This document shows, one piece after another, positions 8,793 through 17,548 of a stretch of DNA of 64,000 nucleotides. Every line of letters begins with the position of its first letter. Position 1 is the stretch's first letter. The stretch comes from Candidatus Anstonella stagnisolia (lineage in GTDB: Archaea; Micrarchaeota; Micrarchaeia; Anstonellales; Anstonellaceae). A program made the position numbers and the translations under genes. The stretch is taken from positions 156,179 through 220,178 of the forward strand of contig CABMCJ010000002.1 of assembly GCA_902384585.1 (NCBI GenBank). Reading direction: 5' to 3'. Under the pieces are notes generated by a model. The model had not been told where the DNA came from. It ran no database searches and worked only from the letters and a program-made list of their open reading frames with translations.

Positions 8793-10537
8793 ATTAGCAC
8801 CCCGAGTATTTCGTCTGTTTTTCGCAAGTTCCAGTTTCCTTTCACATTCTTGTTCGCAACCATTGCAACTGGAACCCCTGCTGCATTGCACGCTCGCTCA
8901 TCTGAAATGCTGTCCCCTATGTAAAGCGGGGAGGAATAGCCAAGCTCTGCGAGCCTCTTTTTCGCAAGCAGGATTGGGGCGGGCGATGGCTTTTCCTGCG
9001 CACAGTCCTCCTGGCATACAATGCACTCCTCAAGGAAATATGCGCCCCATTTGTTTGCATCAAGCGCATATTGGAGCTCTTCGCGCGGGCGGCTTGTCAC
9101 TATTCCAAGCGCAAAACCCATATTTTGGAGCGACTGGAGCGTGCTCTCTTTTATGAGGGGCGTTTCAAGGGAGCGGAGCGAGAAATAGTTTGCGTTGAAT
9201 GCGTTGCGCAATTGGGAATAGAGAGCGGTTTGCTTTTCTTCTTGGGAAAGCGGTTTTGCGGATTGCAGGTTTTTCCCAGCAAGTGAAACAATCCTGTAAG
9301 TTGCGTCCCATTCGTTGTTGAAGCCGTATACACCTTTTATTGTGAGGACATCTTTCATTGAGACGCGCGCTGTTTCGCCTGTTTTTCCAAAATATTCGTT
9401 TGCGGTTTTTTCTATTGAGAAAAGGTATGAGCGCGAAACGTCAAGAAGAACGCCGTCCACGTCAAATAGGATGCTGTCAAATTTTGAGGGGGAGCGGATA
9501 AGCTTGCGGAGGGCTGCAAGCAGAAGGTTGTTTTCCTTCCTTGTTCCAACGCTTATGCGAAGCGTGTTTGGAATGCCTTTCACGCTTGAGCGGTCGCGCA
9601 CGAGTATCCTGAATTTCTCCTCAAGCTCGCGCTGCAGAAGGGTTGCGCTTTTTGTGCCTGCAGGCGGGCGCACTAGGATGAAATTAGTTATAGATGGGCA
9701 AACAGAAAATCCGAGGGATACTAGTTCTTTTGAAAGCCGTGACCTTTCCTTTGAAATCTTTTGCACATTTTTTTCCATTAGGGATTGTTTTTTCAGGGCT
9801 GCAAGCGCAATTTGCACGTTTGGGGAACTTATGTTGTAGGGAAGGCGCACGCGAAGCATGAATGAGAGGAGCGCTGGATTTGAGATTGCGTACCCTATGC
9901 GCACGCCTGCCAAGCCCCATGCCTTTGAGAGCGTGCGGCACACGAGCAAATTGGGGTATTTTTCAATTAGCTGGACTGCGCTTTTTCCGCCGAACTCTAT
10001 GTATGCCTCGTCCACAAAAACTATTGCGTTTGCATTTTTTGCGATTTCCTCTATCTCGCCCAAATCCGTTTCTGCCCCAAGCGGGCTGTTTGGGGAAACT
10101 ATGAAAATCATTTTTGTGCGCGCATCCGCTGCTGCAAGAACTGCGTCTGCATCAAGGGAAAAGTTTGCGAATGTGCCTTCAAGGGAAACTTTTTTCACTT
10201 GCGCACCGTTTGCAAGCGCGCATATCCCGTACATAGAGTAGCCTGGCTCAACGCAAAGTACGTTGTCTCCGGCACCGGCGAATGTGCGCACTGCAATGTC
10301 AATTATTTCGTCAGAGCCGTTTCCAACAAGCACATTTTCCGCCTTGCATTTGGAATATTTCGCAAGCGCTGCGCGAAGTTCCTTGTAGTCAGTATCCGGG
10401 TAGCGGTTAAGCTTTCCGGAGATTGCATACGGGCTCTCGTTGAAATCAAGGAGCACGCTGCCCATGTTGCGGGGGTATTCGTAGCTTGCGCGCAAAATTT
10501 GCGGGCGCACGAGTGAGGTTAGTTGTTTTGTGCCCAT
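8789..10537 (-). CDS. hisC: Histidinol-phosphate aminotransferase fused to a C-terminal HAD-superfamily phosphatase domain
   Basis: The N-terminal ~350 aa is a class II aminotransferase (HisC-like; TLSKAWGLAGVRIGY PLP-lysine context). The C-terminal ~220 aa carries HAD motifs I (FDVDGVL), II (GIVTS), III (K in EKPSPAP) and IV (IGDSISD). Confidence 0.8.
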   Translation of the reverse strand: MGTKQLTSLVRPQILRASYEYPRNMGSVLLDFNESPYAISGKLNRYPDTDYKELRAALAKYSKCKAENVLVGNGSDEIIDIAVRTFAGAGDNVLCVEPGYSMYGICALANGAQVKKVSLEGTFANFSLDADAVLAAADARTKMIFIVSPNSPLGAETDLGEIEEIAKNANAIVFVDEAYIEFGGKSAVQLIEKYPNLLVCRTLSKAWGLAGVRIGYAISNPALLSFMLRVRLPYNISSPNVQIALAALKKQSLMEKNVQKISKERSRLSKELVSLGFSVCPSITNFILVRPPAGTKSATLLQRELEEKFRILVRDRSSVKGIPNTLRISVGTRKENNLLLAALRKLIRSPSKFDSILFDVDGVLLDVSRSYLFSIEKTANEYFGKTGETARVSMKDVLTIKGVYGFNNEWDATYRIVSLAGKNLQSAKPLSQEEKQTALYSQLRNAFNANYFSLRSLETPLIKESTLQSLQNMGFALGIVTSRPREELQYALDANKWGAYFLEECIVCQEDCAQEKPSPAPILLAKKRLAELGYSSPLYIGDSISDERACNAAGVPVAMVANKNVKGNWNLRKTDEILGVLI

Positions 10538-10541
10538 AATA

Positions 10542-11819
10542 TCACTTTTTTATTCTTTCAAGCGCACTTTTTGCGTGCGCCTGCAACCCTTCTGCATTTG
10601 CAATTTCCGCGGTATTTTCCGCAAGCGTTGCAAGCCCGCTTTTTTTCACTTCTATTATTTCCACTGTTTTCATGAAGGAGGAAACTGACAAGCCGCCTGC
10701 GAACTTTGCGCTCCCGCCTGTTGGGAGCACGTGGTTTGAGCCAACGCAGTAGTCCCCGAATGCCTCGCAGGAGTTTTCCCCTACAAAAATTGCGCCAGCG
10801 TAGCGGATGAGGGGGAGGAGCTTGTTTGCACTTTTCAGCTGGATTTCAAGGTGTTCGGGTGCGAACTCGTTTGAGAAATCCACTATTTGCTGCAAGTCCT
10901 CAAAGTTTGCAGTAACTAAAATCAAATTTTGCAGGGACTTTTGCAATATTGTGCTCCTTGAAAGCGTTTTTGCCTGCGAAGATGCCTCTTTTCTTATCTC
11001 TGCTGCCATTTCTTCCTTGCATATCACAACCGCAATGGAATCCTCGCCGTGCTCAAGCTGTGCGAGGCAGTCTGCTGCGATTGTTCGCGCATTCGCACTT
11101 TCATCCGCAATTATGAGCACTTCGGTGGGTCCCGCAAGCATGTCTATGTCGCAGGTTTCGCTGCGCACCTGCCGTTTTGCCTCTGTTACATAGGAATTGC
11201 CGGGCCCGACTATTTTTTGAACTTTTGGAACAGTTTGCGTTCCGTATGCCATTGCCGCGATTGCCTGAGCGCCGCCTATTGCATAAACTTCTTTTATGCC
11301 GCAAATTGCGCACGCTGCAAGCACTGCGTCCGAAGGGGAAGGGGAGCAGAGGATGAGCTTTTCGACACCAGCAACCTGTGCGGGGATTGCGCACATAAGA
11401 ACTGTGGATGGGTAGGCTGCTTTTCCCCCTGGGGCGTATATCCCCGCGCTTTTTATGGGAACTGTTCTTTGCGTTATTTTTGCATAGGCGTTGTCTATTG
11501 TTTTTTCTTTTGGAACGGACTTAGTGCACGTTTCCCGTATGTTTTTTGCCGCAAACTGGAGGGCGGATAGAAGCTTAGGAGGAATGCATTCTTTTGCGCA
11601 TTTTATTTCGTCTTGGCTTATGCGCATTTCCGGTATGGATTGTATGCCTCCGAACTTGCGCTCATAGAAGAGGATTCCCTCGTCTCCTTGGGACTTCACG
11701 CGCGAGAGGATTTCGCTCACGCTGGCATCAACGCCCTGCATTTTAGCATTTTTGCGAAGGGATGCGGGGTTGCATTCGGATAGTTTGTATTCTAGTGCCA
11801 TGTTAAACACGCTCTGCAT
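10542..11819 (-). CDS. hisD: Histidinol dehydrogenase
   Basis: AGIYAPGGKAAYPSTVLM...GIKEVYAIGGAQAIAAMAYGT...IVGPGNSYVTEAKR is the HisD signature. The start is placed at an internal Met; the ORF extends to 11873. Confidence 0.9.
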   Translation of the reverse strand: MQSVFNMALEYKLSECNPASLRKNAKMQGVDASVSEILSRVKSQGDEGILFYERKFGGIQSIPEMRISQDEIKCAKECIPPKLLSALQFAAKNIRETCTKSVPKEKTIDNAYAKITQRTVPIKSAGIYAPGGKAAYPSTVLMCAIPAQVAGVEKLILCSPSPSDAVLAACAICGIKEVYAIGGAQAIAAMAYGTQTVPKVQKIVGPGNSYVTEAKRQVRSETCDIDMLAGPTEVLIIADESANARTIAADCLAQLEHGEDSIAVVICKEEMAAEIRKEASSQAKTLSRSTILQKSLQNLILVTANFEDLQQIVDFSNEFAPEHLEIQLKSANKLLPLIRYAGAIFVGENSCEAFGDYCVGSNHVLPTGGSAKFAGGLSVSSFMKTVEIIEVKKSGLATLAENTAEIANAEGLQAHAKSALERIKK

Positions 11820-11947
11820 GGAAGGGCGTGGGTGCCCTACTGATGAAGAAGGACTTTCTCTGCTGTATCCCACATTTTTCCCATATGCCCATTTTATGGG
11901 GAAACAGGTATTTAAAGCTATCGCTTTGGCGGCGAAAGAAAAACAAA

Positions 11948-12352
11948 CTAGAGCTTCTTTATCTGGACGCTTTTTGCAAGCCTTTGGGAGAGAAGGAGTT
12001 TCTCAAGCGCTGCGGGCGATTTTTTGCATGAGGAGAAATCAAGGAGCGCCTCGTAAGTTGCGGACTGCCCGCGCATGCGGCTTGAGGACTCGCTCCAGAT
12101 AAGGTCTGCGCCCTCTTTTGCAAGGAGAAGGAGGATTTTGGAAAGAGTTCCGGGGGAATCAGACATTTCGAGGCGCAAATGGTGCAGCTCCTCGCCCATT
12201 GCGGCAAAGGGGACTACTGAAATTGTTTTTTTCTCATCGTCAAGGAGGAGAAGGACGTTTGAGTTGGACTTGAGGTTGAGCATTTCGCGAAAAGATGCCG
12301 GGACTATTAGGCGTCCGCGCTCGTCTATGCGTCCAACTGAATTTTTTGCCAT
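11948..12352 (-). CDS. AbrB/SpoVT-type DNA-binding domain fused to an ACT domain (putative regulator)
   Basis: VGRIDERGRLIVPASFREMLNL is a swapped-hairpin AbrB/MazE-like N-terminus. The C-terminal LRLEMSDSPGTLSKILLLLAKEGADLIWSES is ACT-like. Confidence 0.55.
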   Translation of the reverse strand: MAKNSVGRIDERGRLIVPASFREMLNLKSNSNVLLLLDDEKKTISVVPFAAMGEELHHLRLEMSDSPGTLSKILLLLAKEGADLIWSESSSRMRGQSATYEALLDFSSCKKSPAALEKLLLSQRLAKSVQIKKL

Positions 12353-12391
12353 ATGTTCACTTTTTTGCCAAGAGCGCAACCTTCTTCGCCC

Positions 12392-13666
12392 TTAGTGCGA
12401 TTTCTTGCCTTGGAGTTTCTTTATTGCCTCTTCTATTGAGCACAATTCCTCGTCGCCGCTTTTCAAGTCACGAAGCGTGAGCTTTTTCGCAGCCTTTTCC
12501 TTTTCCCCTACGATTGCAATATATGCAACACCGCTTGCGTTTGCATAGTCAAACTGCTTTCTCAAATTTCTCTCAAGCAAATCAAGCTCGCAATTTATGC
12601 CTTTTTGGCGAAGTGCCCATGCGATTTCAACTGCATATTCAAAAAATTCAGGCTTTGCGTTTGCGATAAAGAGCTGCGCGACTGCGGAAGTTGCACCCTC
12701 GGATTTCTTTTTCTCCTCAAGGAGCGCAATCAGGCGCTCTATCCCAAGGGAAATCCCTACTGCGGGGGAGGGAACGCCGTACGTGCCCACCATATTGTCG
12801 TATCTGCCGCCGCCTGCAACTGAACCGATTTCTTCGGATGCGGAAATTTCAAACACGCTTCCTGTGTAGTAGTCAAGCCCGCGCACCAAGGAAAGGGAAA
12901 TTTCAGGCTCAAAGCTGTAAAGTTTGCACGCATTTACAACTGCCTCAAGCTCGTTTGCGCCCTCTGTTGCGAAATCGCCGAGGGTTTTTTTCACAAAGGA
13001 AATTGTTTTTTCGTTTGTGCCGGAGAAGGAGATGAATTTCTCTATTTCGGATGCAGCTTTTTCGGAAATGCCCTTCATTATCATTTCTTCCTTTATTTTT
13101 TCAAGTGTCTGCTTTCCGACCTTGTCAAGCGCGCGGAACATTGCGTTTTGCTTTTCTTGGGGAATGCCTGTTTTTTGAGCAAGAGCGTTGAGAACCTTGC
13201 GGTTGTTGAGCATTAGTTTGGGTGCGGGAAAGCCGAGCTTGAAGAGTGCGAATTTTGCGCACGCGAGAAGCTCTGCCTCGCAGCGGGGGGAAGTGGAACC
13301 TACTACATCTATGTCTGCCTGGAAGAATTCCCTAAAGCGCCCTTTTTGCGGCTCCTCGCGCCTCCATACTGGCGCAATGCAATAGCGCTTGAAGGGAAGC
13401 GGGAAAGAATTTGAAGCGACAACGCGCGAAAGCGGGACTGTGAGGTCAAAGCGCAGGCCCATTCCGCCCTCTATTTGGAATATTTGCCCTTCTATCTCGT
13501 CCCCGCCTTTTTTCTGGAGCACTTCGAGTTTCTCTATTGCGGGCGTTGCGAGCGGGAGGTAGCCAAAAGAGCGGAAAACCCCTTCTATTTTTTGCATTGT
13601 GTCCAAGCGCACGTTCATTTGCGCCGGAAGGAAATCGCGCATTCCTTTTGGTACTGTATAGTCCAT
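12392..13666 (-). CDS. hisS: Histidyl-tRNA synthetase
   Basis: Class II aaRS motifs (MRDFLP, FRYE-like FDLTVPLSRVV, GGGRYD) plus a C-terminal anticodon-binding domain, which makes it HisRS rather than HisZ. Confidence 0.85.
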   Translation of the reverse strand: MDYTVPKGMRDFLPAQMNVRLDTMQKIEGVFRSFGYLPLATPAIEKLEVLQKKGGDEIEGQIFQIEGGMGLRFDLTVPLSRVVASNSFPLPFKRYCIAPVWRREEPQKGRFREFFQADIDVVGSTSPRCEAELLACAKFALFKLGFPAPKLMLNNRKVLNALAQKTGIPQEKQNAMFRALDKVGKQTLEKIKEEMIMKGISEKAASEIEKFISFSGTNEKTISFVKKTLGDFATEGANELEAVVNACKLYSFEPEISLSLVRGLDYYTGSVFEISASEEIGSVAGGGRYDNMVGTYGVPSPAVGISLGIERLIALLEEKKKSEGATSAVAQLFIANAKPEFFEYAVEIAWALRQKGINCELDLLERNLRKQFDYANASGVAYIAIVGEKEKAAKKLTLRDLKSGDEELCSIEEAIKKLQGKKSH

Positions 13667-13674
13667 TTGCACAC

Positions 13675-14013
13675 CTATTGGAGGAAGGGTTCTATCCATT
13701 TTTTCAGCGCATCCTTGCTGGAGCCGCCCACGCGCGTAGTGATGGGCTTTCCATCCTTGAAGAGCATAAGCGTTGGGATGCTTGAGATGCCGAACTGGGA
13801 GGAGAGCTCCTGTTGCTCGTCCACGTTCACTTTTTTTATCTCAAGCTTTCCGGAAAGTTCCTTTGAGAGGGTTTCCATTGTGGGCATGAGCATTTTGCAC
13901 GGGCCGCACCAAGGTGCCCAGAAATCAACAAGCACAACGCCTTTTGAGGTTGCCTTTGAGAATGTGTCTTTTGTAAGCTCTTCCATATTTTCACCTACCC
14001 ATCTTTTGCCCAC
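13675..14013 (-). CDS. trxA: Thioredoxin
   Basis: WAPWCGPCKM is the active-site motif; 112 aa. Confidence 0.85.
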   Translation of the reverse strand: MGKRWVGENMEELTKDTFSKATSKGVVLVDFWAPWCGPCKMLMPTMETLSKELSGKLEIKKVNVDEQQELSSQFGISSIPTLMLFKDGKPITTRVGGSSKDALKKWIEPFLQ

Positions 14014-14031
14014 AAGGAATTAAAATGAGTG

Positions 14032-14502
14032 CTACTCTGGGGCTGGCGCGAGTTCGCTGAAGTATTCCTTGAATTTTTGCGTTGTGCGCACGGACTTTGA
14101 GCGCCCTGCGCGCTTTTGCTCCACAAAGCCCTTTTCAACAAGCTCTGCGACGTCATTGTATATTGTGCTTCCGAGCTTGCGGAAGAGCTCGCGCTTTGTA
14201 ATGCCGTTGAACTTGTTTATGTAGGCAAGCGTCTTGAGCGCGTGGCGGCTTATTTCCGCCTCTTTTGCAAATTCCTTTGCGACTTGCGCGTATTCGCCCC
14301 TAAGAGTCATGTAGTATTTGCCGTCCTCGCACACCACTTTTACGGAACTGCCGAATTTTTCGTATTCGGACATTAACTCCTTTACTTTTGTGTCCACGTA
14401 GCCGGGCGCTGCGACTTTGATGAGTTTTCCAATCTCCATCGCCGTAAGCGAGCGGGAGCTCATGAAAAGCGCGGCTTCAATTGTTTTTAGCTGTTCGTCC
14501 AT
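14032..14502 (-). CDS. scpB: Segregation and condensation protein B-like (winged helix)
   Basis: The IEAALFMSSRSLT N-terminus is typical of ScpB. The protein is a tandem winged helix and sits next to an ScpA-like gene. Confidence 0.65.
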   Translation of the reverse strand: MDEQLKTIEAALFMSSRSLTAMEIGKLIKVAAPGYVDTKVKELMSEYEKFGSSVKVVCEDGKYYMTLRGEYAQVAKEFAKEAEISRHALKTLAYINKFNGITKRELFRKLGSTIYNDVAELVEKGFVEQKRAGRSKSVRTTQKFKEYFSELAPAPE

Positions 14503-14514
14503 GGGAACACCAGG

Positions 14515-15459
14515 TTATGAGGTTTTGCCTTTCTTTGCTGCGATGCTTTTTATTTTTTCAGCAGATGCTGTTTTTTCAACTTGAATGTTAAAGCTTTTTA
14601 GGGGTTCGCTTTTTATCTCTTTTTTGGCTTCTTTTGCCTTGCCGTTAGTGTCTTTGAGGCGTATGAAAATCTCCTGAAAGAAATCCTCCTGGCGCAGTAC
14701 TATCTTTTCATCCTGCACAAGGTGGAGAAGCGGGAGGAAGGTGTATATCACGCCTTCGGGACTCTTTCCAGATACCAGATTTGAAAAGAGGACATACCCC
14801 TCGGCATCAGATTTTGCACCCGTGCAGATGTTATCGTACACCTGCTTCATTTTCTCCTCTATGTCAAACTCCGGGAGCTGGATGTTCATTATTTGGGGCA
14901 CTTTTATTTCGGATGCCTTTGTTTCGCGCTTCTTTTCAGCCTGCATTGCCTCTTCCATTGCGCCCACGAGCTCCTCAAGGGTTACGGGGCGGCGTGGCGG
15001 GATGCGGCTCTTGAGTTCAAGCGCATCTATTGTGAGGGGCTGCCCCTCGTCCACTTCGCCCATGTACTCTTCGAGAGTTGCCTGCGGGCTCTCCTCTGCG
15101 ACGGTGAAGGAATCGGACTTGAAGCGAAGCAGGATGGAAGCTGCGAGAATTATGTTTGCTGGGACGCGCAGGTCCTCCAATTTGAGCGTTTGTATTTTCT
15201 TTATGTAGCCGTGCGTGAGCTTGGAAATGTCTATGTTCCACGGGTCAAGCTTTTGCGCATGCACCATTTCGTAAAGCATTTCCTTCCAGGTAGGCACCTG
15301 TATCATTTTTTCTATGTTCACGTCCTTTGCATCTGCCTCAAAAGAAGCGCTTATGCGCGCTGTTTCGGCTTCCTCGCCCGCCTCGAAATTCTCCTCCTCG
15401 TCTTCGGATTGGAGCTTTGACTGGGAGATATCTTTCTTGGAAGCGGTCGCCTGCCTCAT
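14515..15459 (-). CDS. scpA: Segregation and condensation protein A-like (kleisin)
   Basis: Acidic N-terminus, ScpA-like central region (LDPWNIDISKLTHGYIKKI) and adjacency to scpB. Confidence 0.6.
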   Translation of the reverse strand: MRQATASKKDISQSKLQSEDEEENFEAGEEAETARISASFEADAKDVNIEKMIQVPTWKEMLYEMVHAQKLDPWNIDISKLTHGYIKKIQTLKLEDLRVPANIILAASILLRFKSDSFTVAEESPQATLEEYMGEVDEGQPLTIDALELKSRIPPRRPVTLEELVGAMEEAMQAEKKRETKASEIKVPQIMNIQLPEFDIEEKMKQVYDNICTGAKSDAEGYVLFSNLVSGKSPEGVIYTFLPLLHLVQDEKIVLRQEDFFQEIFIRLKDTNGKAKEAKKEIKSEPLKSFNIQVEKTASAEKIKSIAAKKGKTS

Positions 15460-15515
15460 GGGACGTTTATCTCGTATGTTATTTTTATAGGTTGCTGGTG
15501 GCTTCCTTGTGGGGC

Positions 15516-16319
15516 TTACTGTGGATAGCCGGGGTTTTCGTACAAAAGGCGGATTTCCCCTGCGGAAAGCGGGCGGTTGAAAATCATCACTTCGTCTATT
15601 GTGCCGTTGAAGTTGTAATCGCCGGTAGCGCTGCCGGAGTATGTGCCTATGTAGATTGTGGCTGCACCGGAGCCGGTGTCTGCTTCCCTTGTGGAATTGC
15701 CAGCAATTGAGGCTTCGTTCCCATTAAAGTAGAATTTTGGCATGTCCCAGGAGGTGTCCTCAACTATTGCGACATGCTGCCAAACGCCGTTAGTGAGCCC
15801 GGTGGAAGTATAGGTGCGCCAGTTAGTTGCGCCATAATAGTAGTACCTTAGGACGTTTGAGGATTTGTCCATCCAGTATTGGGTGCCCTTGTCCAAAACT
15901 GCACCGCGCTGGTTGTCCGTGGGTTTTATCCATGCGATTAATGTCCTTGTGGCGGGCAGGCTCAATCCGTTTCCGCACGATACGTAATCGTCCGCGCCGT
16001 CGTATTCCAGGGCATAGTTGCTTTTTCCAGAAGTCCAAGTTGGGGAGCGCGTAGCATTCGCGCTGAACGTGCAATTTGCGCCGCCTTTGCTGTCTATGGA
16101 AGTTGTGCCGCCATTTTCATCGAATTTCCAATATGCGACCAAGCCCTGCAAAAGGTCTGGGTATTCCATTAACGCTATGCTGAACTGTATGTCCGACTGC
16201 TGGTTTTTTGCGTCCTTTGCGCTTTCAATCGGCCAGAAAAGGACTATGGACACCATTAGGGCTACGAAAAGGATTGCCCCAAGAATAACCAGATACTCCG
16301 TAGCTCCTTGCGCTTTCAT
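15516..16319 (-). CDS. Archaeal type IV pilin-like protein (class III signal peptide) with a LamG/ConA-like lectin-fold domain
   Basis: The start is trimmed to MKAQGATEYLVILGAILFVALMVSIV, a prepilin-like signal with a hydrophobic helix. A LamG-type motif set follows (LVAYWKFDENGG ... GTIDEVMIFNRPLSAGEI). It is a paralog of 44775-45611. Confidence 0.65.
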   Translation of the reverse strand: MKAQGATEYLVILGAILFVALMVSIVLFWPIESAKDAKNQQSDIQFSIALMEYPDLLQGLVAYWKFDENGGTTSIDSKGGANCTFSANATRSPTWTSGKSNYALEYDGADDYVSCGNGLSLPATRTLIAWIKPTDNQRGAVLDKGTQYWMDKSSNVLRYYYYGATNWRTYTSTGLTNGVWQHVAIVEDTSWDMPKFYFNGNEASIAGNSTREADTGSGAATIYIGTYSGSATGDYNFNGTIDEVMIFNRPLSAGEIRLLYENPGYPQ

Positions 16320-16362
16320 GGGAATTCTTCTATAACAAACAAGAAAAAGGTTTGCGGGGCGT

Positions 16363-17547
16363 TTATGCGCCCTTTTGCGAATGCAGGTGCACGATTGGGA
16401 TTTGCACCCCTGCAGCCTTTGAGAACTGCTTCGCCTTTTTCTCAACAAGGGTGCAGAGCGCGGAGTCGGAATAGAGCACAAAGTCCTCGCCTATGCTTGT
16501 GGAAAGGAGCGCGTGCTCAAGGGCATGGAAGCGGTGGTGGAAATGCATTTGCGAGCGGGTTGCGAGCTCCTGCGCAGTAAGGCCGTATATGCCGGAATTT
16601 TCGTGCGGGATTTTCAGGGAAATCGGGGTGATGGGCTCCATTTTATCAACGCACACTATATGCAAGGTGCCTGCGCCGGAGGGACTGGCTGCGGTTTTTG
16701 CTCCCTGTGCCTTGTCTTTTATTGGGAAGAATTTTGCTGCTGCCTCTGCAAGCGAATGCGGGCGGGGGGACTCCGGCTCTTTTGTGCGCAAATGCCTCTG
16801 CTCGTTGAGCTGGAAGAGAAGAGGGGGGGTGAGGCCTATTGGGTGCAAAAGTTCGGGCTGGGAAAAAAGCGAATCAGGCGTGCCGCTGAAAATATGCGCC
16901 CCGCGGTTGAGCACTATTACGTTGTCCGCCCATTCGTATGCGGTTTCCACGTCGTGCGTGGAAATCACGATTGTTTTTCCAAAATGGTTGAGCTCTTCGG
17001 AAAGTTCAAGGAGCTCGTGCACCATTTGAGAGTCAAGCCCTGCTGTTGGCTCGTCCATTATGAGGACTTGGGGATCCATTGCAAGCGCGCCTGCGAGCGC
17101 AACGCGCTTTTTCTGCCCAAAAGAGAGCTGCTGTGTGGGGCGCTCCCTGTATTCCTCCATCCCGACTGCTGCAAGGGACTCCTGCACTCGCCTTGAAACT
17201 TCGGCTGCAGGCAGGCCCATGTTGAGCGGCCCAAATGCGATGTCCTCCTCTACGGAAGGCGCGAAAATCTGGTCGTCGGGGTTTTGGAAAACAAGGGAGA
17301 TTTTTGAGCGGAGGAGCGAGAGGGATTTTGCATCGTAAGGGACGGGCTTCCCCTCAAAGAGCACCTCGCCTTCCTGCGCCTTGTGCACGCCGTTGAAATG
17401 TAGGAAGAGCGTGCTTTTTCCTGCGCCGTTTGGGCCAAGTATCACTGTTTTCTTCCCTTTTTCTATTGAGAGGGAGACGTTTGAAAGCGCGGCATTCCCT
17501 GCCTCGTAGGAGAAAGAAAGGTTTTTTGTTTGAAGTATTTGTTCCAT
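16363..17547 (-). CDS. nikO: ECF/ABC transporter ATPase component (NikO/CbiO) with a ~120-aa His-containing C-terminal extension
   Basis: Walker A GPNGAGKST, signature LSFGQKKRV and Walker B LIMDEPTAGLD. The C-terminal extension contains MHFHHRFHALEH. Confidence 0.85.
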   Translation of the reverse strand: MEQILQTKNLSFSYEAGNAALSNVSLSIEKGKKTVILGPNGAGKSTLFLHFNGVHKAQEGEVLFEGKPVPYDAKSLSLLRSKISLVFQNPDDQIFAPSVEEDIAFGPLNMGLPAAEVSRRVQESLAAVGMEEYRERPTQQLSFGQKKRVALAGALAMDPQVLIMDEPTAGLDSQMVHELLELSEELNHFGKTIVISTHDVETAYEWADNVIVLNRGAHIFSGTPDSLFSQPELLHPIGLTPPLLFQLNEQRHLRTKEPESPRPHSLAEAAAKFFPIKDKAQGAKTAASPSGAGTLHIVCVDKMEPITPISLKIPHENSGIYGLTAQELATRSQMHFHHRFHALEHALLSTSIGEDFVLYSDSALCTLVEKKAKQFSKAAGVQIPIVHLHSQKGA

Positions 17548-17548
17548 T

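Noticed and set aside
16018-16335. 105-aa plus-strand ORF opposite pilin-LamG paralog 1, similar to the ORF at 45184-45657 opposite paralog 2
   Set aside because: Their mutual similarity is a by-product of lying antisense to two paralogous genes. The sense genes have signal peptides and domain motifs.
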